Source: Candidatus Brevefilum sp. (GTDB lineage Bacteria > Chloroflexota > Anaerolineae > Anaerolineales > Anaerolineaceae). From it: a DNA stretch of 64,000 bases. The position numbers were made by a program, and so were the translations under genes. The stretch spans positions 8,450-72,449 of the forward strand of contig JARGGB010000002.1 of the NCBI GenBank assembly GCA_029210815.1. The letters run 5' to 3'. Under the pieces are notes generated by a model. That model ran no database searches. It saw only the letters and a program-made list of their open reading frames with translations, and was not told the origin of the DNA. This document shows, in pieces, positions 8,263 through 16,926 of the stretch (its first letter is position 1; every line of letters begins with the position of its first letter).

Positions 8263-11094
8263 TTATCCTCTTTTTTTGAGAGGGTAGCGCCCGGCAGTCC
8301 GCATCCACCAAATCAATGCACCTATCCATCCAAATAACAAGCCAACAACAATAACCTCGACGACAAAGACTGTTCCCGATTCCACCATCCAGTATTTTGT
8401 TCCACTTGTACCGAGATTGAGAAGGGTATATGCCATCAATCCCCCAATCAGGGCGCATAATGCAGAACGCAAGCCCCAACGAGCAGATCCCCACCAATAG
8501 AAACCAATCAAATATGTAAAGATGAAACCCAATCCCATCACGATGATCCCCATTGCCCATTCTCCCAGGGTTGGAAACTTATTATGCTTTGGTTCCGGGA
8601 TAGGGGTAGGGCTTTGAGTCGCTGTTGGCTCAGGGGTTGTAGAAGCTGTCGGGGTAGGAGAAGCCAGGGGGGTTGGTGATATTGAGAGGATCGATGTAAT
8701 CCCTTCAGGAGAAATATTAATCTGGAGGGTTTCAGATCGCATCGCCGGCTCGCTGGTTGCGCTTATTTCAAGTCCGCCTGCAGCTTGAATTCGGTAATTA
8801 AAATAAGCCACGCCGCCAGCGGTGGTGGTTTGAAATTGCTGTGTGATCCCGGGCTCACCGGAAATTTGGAAGTTGAACCGCACAACTGTGCCATCCGGCA
8901 CAATATTTCGATTGTGATCATAAATACGCCCGGTGCGAATGGTCAGGGTATCCCCAACATTAAAGCTGGGCAGCGGCGTTGGCGCTGGCGTTTGGGTTGC
9001 GCCGGGGGTTTGTGTTTGAGCAGGGACTTCAGTAGGCGTCTCTTCGGGTAAGACCAATTCTAGGTCAATCACCTGCTCAGGATCTGGAGATGTAACCGTG
9101 ATCAGGTCATAGCCCACGGCATTCAATGATATCGGCAGCGCCCCGGACGGCACCATTTCTTGCATCAAGACCCGTGCGGCAACATCCAAAAAAGCTGGCG
9201 ATCTGCTGTAAAGCGCATAATAAGCTGTTAACTTTGTAATATTGGTCGAATCCAGGTAAATTGGCGGCCCCATTGAAAAAACAACCACCTTTTTCCCGGA
9301 TAATAGATCTGGGCGATCGACTAAAAGCCGTTGAAGGGCGTTCGAACCGGGTTCATCGGGGTTAAGATCAATGGTATTGAAGATCACCCAGTCTGCTGCC
9401 TGGAGGTTCTCAAGTAAAAATTCAGGAGCATCCACTTCGGTATTGTCCAAGACATTGATCAGCTGCGAGAAAGTGTAGGAAAACAGGTTTTGTTCTAAAA
9501 TCTGACCACCAGCCTGGGGGCCGTACAGATTCAGAAGGGCATTTGCCATGGATTTTGTCGCAACCGGGTTGTAAGGGGGGCAAGTGTCACATTGGGAAAC
9601 TGTGCGAACGTCGGTAAAAATGACAATATCCTCATACCAGGCTGGCGGCGACGGCAAAATCGTGTCGAATTCCTGTGCTGGCGGGCTGATCATAGTGACC
9701 GCTTCCTGCGCGACATCGAAGGTAACATCTTCAGATGTGCCAATTTCGCTCAAATTATCCAGCAGCGGAAGCACATTCTGTACATCAAATTCGCCGTAGA
9801 TTTTCTCTTTTGCTTTTAATACTCTCAGCACTGATGCATCGACACGCTGGGCAAAGGCGGAATCTTCACGATATTTTTGAACAAAAAAATCGATGATAGA
9901 AACCAGGGTTGTATACGGATCAGGGTCAGTCGAGGATCTCAAATTGTTCACATACAACACATCGTTCCCTGCGAGGAAAGCATTCCTGGCAACAGGAAGT
10001 GCATCAAAATTGGTCCCATTGGGATCGAAAAACCGTCTTAATGATTCGCTGCCCAAATTATCGCTAATGATAAGCCCACCTTCATCCCGCCATGCCTGAA
10101 ATTCCGGCAGTGACATGATTTCCTGGAAAGCAGTGGAATCAAAGCTGATTGGGCGTGTTGTTTCTCGAATATTTCCCTGGAATCCCTGGTAGCGAATGTG
10201 TGAGACCATAAGCCCATCCACACGGCCGGGGTCGCCATAGGCAGGTGTCGTCACAGAAAAATAAGGGGGTAGTTCAATTTGTTTAAGCTGATCAAGCGAC
10301 TTGCGAACAGTGGCAACTTCAAATTCAGGAGATCGATCAGAATTACCAGTGCCAGGGAAATTCTGTGCCACAACCATCAAACGATCATCACTGGCTGTGT
10401 GAATGCCGCTAATCAGTGATTTTCCCATTTCCCCAACCCAGAAGGGATCACCCCCAAATGTATTCACCCCGAGGGAATCTGCAGCCTCACTGCTGCCGGT
10501 TTCAACAACATCCAAGTTCGGACCAAGAAAGAGGTTGATGCCAAGGCTGCTCAATTCAGTCCCCAACACCTGCCCAACCTGATTCGCCAGGTCCAAATTC
10601 CAGCTCGCGCCAATGGACATATGGGAAGGCAAGGGTGTTAGACCTGTAAGGATCTGGTCTCCAGGGAATCCATTTCCAATTTGCTGCATCCCAATCCATA
10701 AAGGAATATAGTTTGGGGTGCCCTGGTCCCGAACACCCACAATATTCGACTTGCTGGAAGCGGTTTCCCACGCCAGGTTTTGGAGGGAAGCAACAAGTGT
10801 TAGCGTTTTTGCGATTGTATCTTCGGAAGCAAAATTATTATTATCAACTCTCAGGACCACGCCGCCAACATGATAATTGGTAATCAGATCATAGATTTGG
10901 GTTTCTTCATCAATTACCGTCCCGTCAAATGTCACCAGGAACAGCTGACCAACTTTTTCTTCCGGGCTCATCAACTCTAAAAGCGCTTGTGGATCGCCAG
11001 CGTCCGCAGCTTGTGTTGGTATGGCATTTAACAACAGCGCGAAGAGAAGAAAAATAGTGATGACGGATCGACCGATGGACTTAAAACCGAGCAT
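8263..11094 (-). CDS. Secreted/membrane-anchored GH3 (NagZ-like) domain protein with degenerate catalytic motifs
   Basis: Signal peptide; N-terminal MSPEEKVGQLF, NFPGTG, MVSH, ISDNL; Pro/Thr linkers; 3 C-terminal TM segments. Confidence 0.8.
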   Translation of the reverse strand: MLGFKSIGRSVITIFLLFALLLNAIPTQAADAGDPQALLELMSPEEKVGQLFLVTFDGTVIDEETQIYDLITNYHVGGVVLRVDNNNFASEDTIAKTLTLVASLQNLAWETASSKSNIVGVRDQGTPNYIPLWIGMQQIGNGFPGDQILTGLTPLPSHMSIGASWNLDLANQVGQVLGTELSSLGINLFLGPNLDVVETGSSEAADSLGVNTFGGDPFWVGEMGKSLISGIHTASDDRLMVVAQNFPGTGNSDRSPEFEVATVRKSLDQLKQIELPPYFSVTTPAYGDPGRVDGLMVSHIRYQGFQGNIRETTRPISFDSTAFQEIMSLPEFQAWRDEGGLIISDNLGSESLRRFFDPNGTNFDALPVARNAFLAGNDVLYVNNLRSSTDPDPYTTLVSIIDFFVQKYREDSAFAQRVDASVLRVLKAKEKIYGEFDVQNVLPLLDNLSEIGTSEDVTFDVAQEAVTMISPPAQEFDTILPSPPAWYEDIVIFTDVRTVSQCDTCPPYNPVATKSMANALLNLYGPQAGGQILEQNLFSYTFSQLINVLDNTEVDAPEFLLENLQAADWVIFNTIDLNPDEPGSNALQRLLVDRPDLLSGKKVVVFSMGPPIYLDSTNITKLTAYYALYSRSPAFLDVAARVLMQEMVPSGALPISLNAVGYDLITVTSPDPEQVIDLELVLPEETPTEVPAQTQTPGATQTPAPTPLPSFNVGDTLTIRTGRIYDHNRNIVPDGTVVRFNFQISGEPGITQQFQTTTAGGVAYFNYRIQAAGGLEISATSEPAMRSETLQINISPEGITSILSISPTPLASPTPTASTTPEPTATQSPTPIPEPKHNKFPTLGEWAMGIIVMGLGFIFTYLIGFYWWGSARWGLRSALCALIGGLMAYTLLNLGTSGTKYWMVESGTVFVVEVIVVGLLFGWIGALIWWMRTAGRYPLKKRG

Positions 11095-11096
11095 CC

Positions 11097-11792
11097 TTAT
11101 GCCTCCAGAATTGACCTGGTACGCATGGGGTCATTGGTGATGATGCTGTCAACGTTCAACGCTGCCAATCGCCTGATTTCTTCATCGTCATCGACTGTCC
11201 AGACATTGACTTTCCGATTTCTGTCATGCAAGGATGCCACCAGCACCTGGTCCACATCGCTAAAATAGGGATGCAAGGCATCAAAATGGAATAACCGCCA
11301 GATCCACTTCTTTGCCTGGTTGGCTTGGGTGAGCAACCCCAGGCGGACATCAGGCAGCTGCGCGTGAAACCGGGGGAGATTGAAAGGATTAAACGAAGAG
11401 ATTAAAATCGAGTCCTCAATTTGATATTTCTTTACCAGCTTTGCCACTTCAATTGGTAACGCATCAAAAATAGACGCATAATTCTTCAGTTCGATGTTGA
11501 TCAGAAAGCGTCCACCAAAGGCATCAAAGACTTCTTCCAGGCTTGGGATTTTCTGCCCATCGCCTGCGTCCAGTGCTTGAAGTTCTTTTAAAGTCATCTC
11601 CTTCACAGTTCCAAAACCATCCGTGGTTCGTTCCACAGAATCATCATGGATAACAATCAGTTGATGATCTTTTGAAAGCATGACATCCAGCTCAATACCA
11701 TCTGCCCCATGATCCAGGGCAAGCTGGAAGGCTGCCATTGTGTTTTCAGGTGCGTGGGCACTGGCGCCACGATGCGCAATAATTTTCGGCAT
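11097..11792 (-). CDS. Glycerophosphodiester phosphodiesterase
   Basis: IIAHRGAS..APENT, GIELDV, IHD, NIELK, VWTVD, IITND. Confidence 0.93.
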   Translation of the reverse strand: MPKIIAHRGASAHAPENTMAAFQLALDHGADGIELDVMLSKDHQLIVIHDDSVERTTDGFGTVKEMTLKELQALDAGDGQKIPSLEEVFDAFGGRFLINIELKNYASIFDALPIEVAKLVKKYQIEDSILISSFNPFNLPRFHAQLPDVRLGLLTQANQAKKWIWRLFHFDALHPYFSDVDQVLVASLHDRNRKVNVWTVDDDEEIRRLAALNVDSIITNDPMRTRSILEA

Positions 11793-11942
11793 AATTTCTC
11801 TTCTCCGTCTTGTGTGTAATTATAGCATGCCGAAGGTGTCATGGGCACCCCTTGCTGTCGTCGCTGTTCCTTTACTGCAAACCGCATAAAGGGGGTGGAT
11901 TATAATTAGGCACAAACCCGTTAAAGGACACGAGGAGGTTAA

Positions 11943-13025
11943 ATGCTCAAAAGTAAACGCTATCCTGTTGAAGCACTGAAAGATTTCACCATCCGCTATT
12001 TTAAGGGGATGGGTGTTCCAGAAATCGATGCGAGAATTGCGGCAGATGTGTTGATATCTGCTGATTTGCGCGGGATTAATTCTCATGGCGTGATACGACT
12101 TCACAGTTATTACGGCGATCGGCTGCAAAAAGGACTGATTGATCCAGCCTCACCCATAAAAACGCTTTCGGAAAATCCTTCCACATTGGCTTTGGATGGG
12201 GGGAATGGTCTCGGGCAGGTCGTTGCTTATCGTGCAATGTCTCGCTGTATTGAAAAAGCAGATGAAACTGGCCTGGCTGTAACGACAGTCAGGAACAGCA
12301 ACCATTTTGGCATTGCCGGTTATTATGCAATGATGGCTTTGCCAGAAGACATGATCGGCATCAGCCTTACCAATTCACAACCTCTTATTGCCCCGACTTA
12401 TGGCATGAAACGGGTTTTAGGCACGAATCCAATTGCCGTTGCCGTCCCAGCTGGGGAAGAAAAGCCTTTTGTACTGGATATGGCAACAAGTATTGTGCCC
12501 CTTGGGCGAATTTCAGTGTATGAAAAAACCGGTCAGTCGATCCCGGAGGGTTGGGCAATCAATAAACACGGCGAGTTAACACAAAACCCCTCTGATATGA
12601 TCAACGGCGGTGCTTTATTACCCCTTGGTGGTCCGGCAGTGATGCGGGGGTACAAAGGGTATGGGCTGTCACTGCTCGTTGATTTGCTTTCCGGGGTTCT
12701 GGCCGGAGCAGCTTTTGGTGAGGATGTTGGGCGCCCCTCAAAAGAAAGAAATGCCGATGTAGGGCATTTCTTTGCGGCCGTCAAAATTAAAAACTTCCGT
12801 CCGATTGACGAATTTAAATCGGATACGGATGACTATATTCGATGTCTGAAAGCTTCACCGAAGCTTCCCGGGCAGGATCGCATCTTCATTCACGGCGAAA
12901 AGGAAGAAGAGCTGTCTGTAAAACATTTGCGTGAAGGTATTCCACTGCTGAATGAGGTCGTTGAAGCATTGGTAAAGGCGGGTGAGATTGCCGGTGTGCC
13001 TTTTGACCTTAAGCCAGTGCTGTGA
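11943..13025 (+). CDS. Ldh_2 family oxidoreductase (malate/L-lactate dehydrogenase, YbiC/AllD-like)
   Basis: DLRGINSHG, RNSNHFG, GTNPIA, DMATS, YKGYGL. Confidence 0.92.
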   Translation: MLKSKRYPVEALKDFTIRYFKGMGVPEIDARIAADVLISADLRGINSHGVIRLHSYYGDRLQKGLIDPASPIKTLSENPSTLALDGGNGLGQVVAYRAMSRCIEKADETGLAVTTVRNSNHFGIAGYYAMMALPEDMIGISLTNSQPLIAPTYGMKRVLGTNPIAVAVPAGEEKPFVLDMATSIVPLGRISVYEKTGQSIPEGWAINKHGELTQNPSDMINGGALLPLGGPAVMRGYKGYGLSLLVDLLSGVLAGAAFGEDVGRPSKERNADVGHFFAAVKIKNFRPIDEFKSDTDDYIRCLKASPKLPGQDRIFIHGEKEEELSVKHLREGIPLLNEVVEALVKAGEIAGVPFDLKPVL

Positions 13026-13207
13026 ACAAGTGCCAAAGAGGGAGAAATCCCAGTACAACAATAGGAAAAACCATTCCAGTTAAAACGAAACAAATTGGTT
13101 TGATGTAAATAGCGTATGGTTTCACCCCCTCCGTGACAATTTTTCAGTCAGTTAGAGATTGCTAGGCTACAAATTTGCCCTGGAAAAAATTCGCCTTTCT
13201 TACTTGC

Positions 13208-13438
13208 TCCCTCATCAGTCAGCTTGCATCTGAAACGAAGTGGAACACCTTCAGGTGCAAGGAGAAGCCTTAAAAGCCTTCCCGTAGAGCGAAGCGGAAC
13301 ACCCTTATTGCTGGGGGAAAGCGGCACGCCAAAGGCGTGACGGATGAGGATCCTTAGCCCACGTAAGATGGTGGAATCTTTTTCAGGCCAGTGAGGGAAA
13401 GATTGTCACGTATGATTGCAAGGGCAACCATATGTGAC
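13208..13438 (+). ncRNA. Candidate structured non-coding RNA (unassigned)
   Basis: Closing stem TCCCTCA/TGAGGGA encloses four hairpins, two of them capped by CGAAGYGGAACACC; a further hairpin at 13405-13438; G-U pairs favour the + strand. Confidence 0.5.
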
Positions 13439-13508
13439 CTACGATGGTCTCAAGTTGATTGCAGGAATAAAACCTTGTACTTTCAAAAATTAACTTTCCT
13501 TTTTGCAC

Positions 13509-13565
13509 TTGTATTTTAGAACAAATATGCTATACTAATAATTACCAAATTAGAACGTATATTCT
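13509..13565 (+). promoter_or_regulatory. Sigma70-type promoter with two candidate Gram-positive-type LexA boxes
   Basis: TTGTAT (13509)-16 nt-TATACT (13531); AGAAC-AAAT-ATGCT (13518) and AGAAC-GTAT-ATTCT (13552) versus AGAAC-N4-GTTCT. Confidence 0.45.
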
Positions 13566-13585
13566 ATTATCAAAACAGGTGCAGC

Positions 13586-14200
13586 ATGAAAAGAACCATT
13601 GTAATTCCCGCCGTTTTTATTGGATGTTTGATCGTAATTTGGGTCGGAACCGTGGCCGCATCCCATATGCCCTCGCAGGCGCTCCTGGCGCCGACTCAAA
13701 CAGCCATTGCCCGGGCTGCGCAATCCCCCTCCAACAAGGCCATCTCCCCTGAAGCATCTGACGAGGCTGCAAATCTCAAAACAGATTGTTCTCTTTCACA
13801 ACGTTACCCGGCTGAAATCCAGCAATGGTGCCAGCTGATCGAAGCGGCATCAACCATGACAAACCTGCCTTCCGGTTTAATCGCAGCCGTCATGCTGCAA
13901 GAAAGCGGCGGTAACCCGCTGAGCTATTCAAGCAGCGGCGCTGTTGGTCTGATGCAGGTCATGCCCCGCGATGGTCTGGCGTCTGAATTTATATGCATCA
14001 ACGGCCCCTGTTTTTCTTCCCGCCCTACCATCGAGGAACTTGAAGACCCGGAATTTAATATCAATTATGGCAGCCGTATGCTGGCAGATCTTTATCTCAC
14101 CCACGGTTCATACCGGGAAGCGCTCTTTCGCTATGGGCCAATGAACATCGGCTACCATTATGCGGACCTGGTCTTGAAGATTTGGAAATCTTATGGATAA
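13586..14200 (+). CDS. Lytic transglycosylase (SLT domain) with N-terminal anchor
   Basis: AVMLQESGG (catalytic Glu), GAVGLMQVMP, NINYG; hydrophobic N-terminus. Confidence 0.9.
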   Translation: MKRTIVIPAVFIGCLIVIWVGTVAASHMPSQALLAPTQTAIARAAQSPSNKAISPEASDEAANLKTDCSLSQRYPAEIQQWCQLIEAASTMTNLPSGLIAAVMLQESGGNPLSYSSSGAVGLMQVMPRDGLASEFICINGPCFSSRPTIEELEDPEFNINYGSRMLADLYLTHGSYREALFRYGPMNIGYHYADLVLKIWKSYG

Positions 14201-14323
14201 AAACGCTGAATTTTCCCGGGTTCTCATACAAAAGAAATTTATAATCAAATCTCCAAAATCCATATTTGCAATAATTTTTTGAATATATACGCAATATATT
14301 CGATTAATTTTTATTTTACGCCA

Positions 14324-14399
14324 TATGACTGATCAGTCATACAGACTGATGCCTTCTTTTTGAAAAATTTAAGCGCCATTTTATGACCGGGCGGTCACA
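14324..14399. promoter_or_regulatory. Pair of related palindromes, TetR-operator-like
   Basis: Perfect TATGACTGATCAGTCATA (14324-14341) and TATGACCGGGCGGTCACA (14382-14399). Confidence 0.45.
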
Positions 14400-14450
14400 T
14401 TCGGATTATTAAGTGATCTCGATTTGTACTCTTTTTTTATTGATTATTTA

Positions 14451-15344
14451 TTACTTTTGATCCACCCTAAAATCATAAATGCCATCGCGGAAGTCCCATG
14501 TCCTGCCGCATTCGTTACAAACCTGATCCATCTCACCTCCAGGAAGCAGCGAATCGCAAACCGGACACTGGAACAAGTGATCCTCCTCAGCGGCGCCAGT
14601 ATCACCCACAGCAAAACACTTCGAAAAAACACTTGGGCTGACCTGAATCAATGCGCCGGTTGGTTGTAAAAGCGCATCTAAACCTGTTAGGATTTTTAGA
14701 GGAATGCGGCGTTTCAAAAAACCCATTCTGAAGTGAGAAACGGTCAATTGTTTGGCAATCTCAAACCCTGCCTGATCCAGGTAGTGTCGGACAGCTTTTG
14801 GATGAAAATCAAAATTTAAGTCTGCAAATTCCACCGGTTCTTCAGCAAATGGGTTCCATGCCTGTCTGCCCAACAAATACCGACCAATTGCTTTCAAATT
14901 GCGTTTGTTTGCAAATTCCAGGATGAAAATACCCTCTGACACCAAGACCCTTCTAACCTGGGAAAGCGCCAATATGGGTTCCGCCATATGATGCAATGTG
15001 CGTATCATGGTCGCACCATCAAACCGTCCGTTTACAAAGGGCAATTTATAAATATCTGCTGCCACAAACACATAACGCTGGTTCAAGCCCAACCGGTCTC
15101 GTGCCTGTTCTAATTGTGTGCGAGAATAATCCACCAGGGCAACCCGTTTGAAGTTCTTATAACGCGGCGTATTGCGCCCGGCACCTGCTCCCAACTCAAG
15201 CATAAAATTGCCCCCACCAGGCAAAAGGCGCTTCAAAGCGATTTCTTCTGCGGCATCCTCATAAGCGCGTCCGCCTTCATCCCAGAAATCTTTCTGGTAT
15301 TGCGAATTTTCATAATTGCAAACTGGGGGTGTGTTTGAGGTCAT
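14451..15344 (-). CDS. Class I SAM-dependent methyltransferase with C-terminal Zn-ribbon
   Basis: LELGAGAGR motif I, VDYS, ADIYKLPF; CPVC..CNEC tail. Confidence 0.88.
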   Translation of the reverse strand: MTSNTPPVCNYENSQYQKDFWDEGGRAYEDAAEEIALKRLLPGGGNFMLELGAGAGRNTPRYKNFKRVALVDYSRTQLEQARDRLGLNQRYVFVAADIYKLPFVNGRFDGATMIRTLHHMAEPILALSQVRRVLVSEGIFILEFANKRNLKAIGRYLLGRQAWNPFAEEPVEFADLNFDFHPKAVRHYLDQAGFEIAKQLTVSHFRMGFLKRRIPLKILTGLDALLQPTGALIQVSPSVFSKCFAVGDTGAAEEDHLFQCPVCDSLLPGGEMDQVCNECGRTWDFRDGIYDFRVDQK

Positions 15345-15403
15345 ATTATTATCACTCAAGGAATTGATCTATCAAATAATTTTCAATGAATTCTTATAAA
15401 AAA

Positions 15404-15512
15404 TGCCCGGGTAGGATTCCCGGCGGCACCCAGAGATACCTCCTTACCGCTGCTTCCTCTCGGACCTGACGGGGTTCGTAGGGCTCCGCCGCGCCGGTCC
15501 CACCCGGACGGC
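15404..15512 (-). ncRNA. ffs: Small bacterial SRP RNA (4.5S)
   Basis: Helix-8 signature TCAGGTCCGAGAGGAAGCAGC within a long hairpin with complementary ends; TTGACA (about 15545-15540) and TATTCT (15522-15517) upstream. Confidence 0.93.
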
Positions 15513-15668
15513 ATTAAGAATACTTCACGCCCCAAGGACTGTCAAACAAATCAATAGTTAGATAAAATCGACCAAAAACATCCCGATATAACTGGAAAAA
15601 AAACGCCCTTCATTGTATACTTTAATACGATTATAAATACACCCTATGGACAGGAGAGGTCCCCCCCG

Positions 15669-16802
15669 ATGAAAGTTAACGTTAAACAACAACAGCTTGC
15701 ACACTGCGTCAGCATGGTTTCCAGGGCAGTATCACCACGGAGCACTTTGCCCGTTCTCTCAAATATCCTGGTCAAAACAGATAATGGACGTTTGCGCTTA
15801 TCTGCGACCAACCTTGAACTGGGAATAACCTGCTGGATTGGTGCCCGCATTGAAGGCGAAGGTGCGATCACTGTGCCTGCTCGAACTTTCACAGATTTGG
15901 TCAGCAACCTGCCCAGTGATCAGGTGATATTTACGCTGGACAACAGCACCCAGACTCTGAATGTGCGCTGCGGCACCTCTGAGACCAACATCAAGGGCAT
16001 TGATGCAGAAGAATTTCCGCCTATTCCCGAACCAAACCTGGAAGAAGGGGTTCCTCTCAACGTCGTCAACTTCAAGGAAATGGTGCAGCAGGTAGCTTTT
16101 GCAGCCTCAACGGATGAAGCCCGCCCAGTATTGACGGGCGTGCTGTTAAAAATTGATGGTGATCGTATCACAATGGCTGCTACCGACGGTTTCCGCATTT
16201 CAATTCGTGAAGACGAAATTCCCAACGCAGTATCCCGCCCAATTGAAGCCATCATACCCGCCAGGGCGCTGGTTGAACTCGCTCGCATTATCGGTGGGGG
16301 CGATGAGACATTGATCATGACCTTCCCCCCTGACAGGGGTCAGGTCATCTTCCACATGGATGATTTGGAACTGGCATCGCAATTGATTGACGGCAGCTTC
16401 CCGGATTTTCGCGCAATCATCCCGCAAAGCTTCAAAACACACACGCTCCTCTCCACCAGCGGCTTGTTAAAAGCTTGTAAACAGGCGGAAATCATCGCTC
16501 GCGATAGCACAAATGTCGCCCGTCTTAACATCATCCCTGAAACTGATGAAACCAAACCCGGTACACTTGAAATTTCTGCACAATCAGAGCAAACAGGAAC
16601 TTCCGAGGTTCTGGTAGATGCCTCTGTGGACGGCGTCCCATTATTGGTGGCGTTTAACGTTCGTTTCTTGCGAGAAGTGCTTGAAGTGATCAAATCGGAC
16701 AACGTCTGGCTTGAGACCAATGCAGCAAATACGCCTGGCTTAATCCATCCACAGGGAGATGAGCATTTTAAACACATCATTATGCCCATGCACATTGGCT
16801 AA
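15669..16802 (+). CDS. dnaN: DNA polymerase III beta sliding clamp
   Basis: STLPVLSNIL, SATNLE, ARPVLTGV, ATDGFR, FPDFRAIIP, IIMPM. Confidence 0.97.
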   Translation: MKVNVKQQQLAHCVSMVSRAVSPRSTLPVLSNILVKTDNGRLRLSATNLELGITCWIGARIEGEGAITVPARTFTDLVSNLPSDQVIFTLDNSTQTLNVRCGTSETNIKGIDAEEFPPIPEPNLEEGVPLNVVNFKEMVQQVAFAASTDEARPVLTGVLLKIDGDRITMAATDGFRISIREDEIPNAVSRPIEAIIPARALVELARIIGGGDETLIMTFPPDRGQVIFHMDDLELASQLIDGSFPDFRAIIPQSFKTHTLLSTSGLLKACKQAEIIARDSTNVARLNIIPETDETKPGTLEISAQSEQTGTSEVLVDASVDGVPLLVAFNVRFLREVLEVIKSDNVWLETNAANTPGLIHPQGDEHFKHIIMPMHIG

Positions 16803-16831
16803 GGCTAAAATTATCGTATAATATTCAATTT

Positions 16832-16857
16832 GGCGCTTGCCTTGCAGGCGCCTTTTT
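16832..16857 (+). terminator. Intrinsic terminator after dnaN
   Basis: GGCGCTTGC-CTT-GCAGGCGCC followed by TTTTT. Confidence 0.75.
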
Positions 16858-16926
16858 GTATACCTGCACCAAATGGGATATTATCAATATGAATAAATCC
16901 GTCCCTAATTTATGAGGTGATAAATC

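Noticed and set aside
13212-13218. Hammerhead core CTGATGA on the minus strand
   Set aside because: No stem II followed by GAAA, and wobble pairs favour the + strand.
13223-13438. Group II intron, glycine riboswitch or 6S identity for the structured element
   Set aside because: No domain V catalytic triad or bulge and no RT; glycine-aptamer motifs are not in the right order; no 6S-type long rod. Left unassigned pending Rfam.
14097-14294. 65-aa minus-strand ORF
   Set aside because: Overlaps the transglycosylase antisense; no motif recognised.
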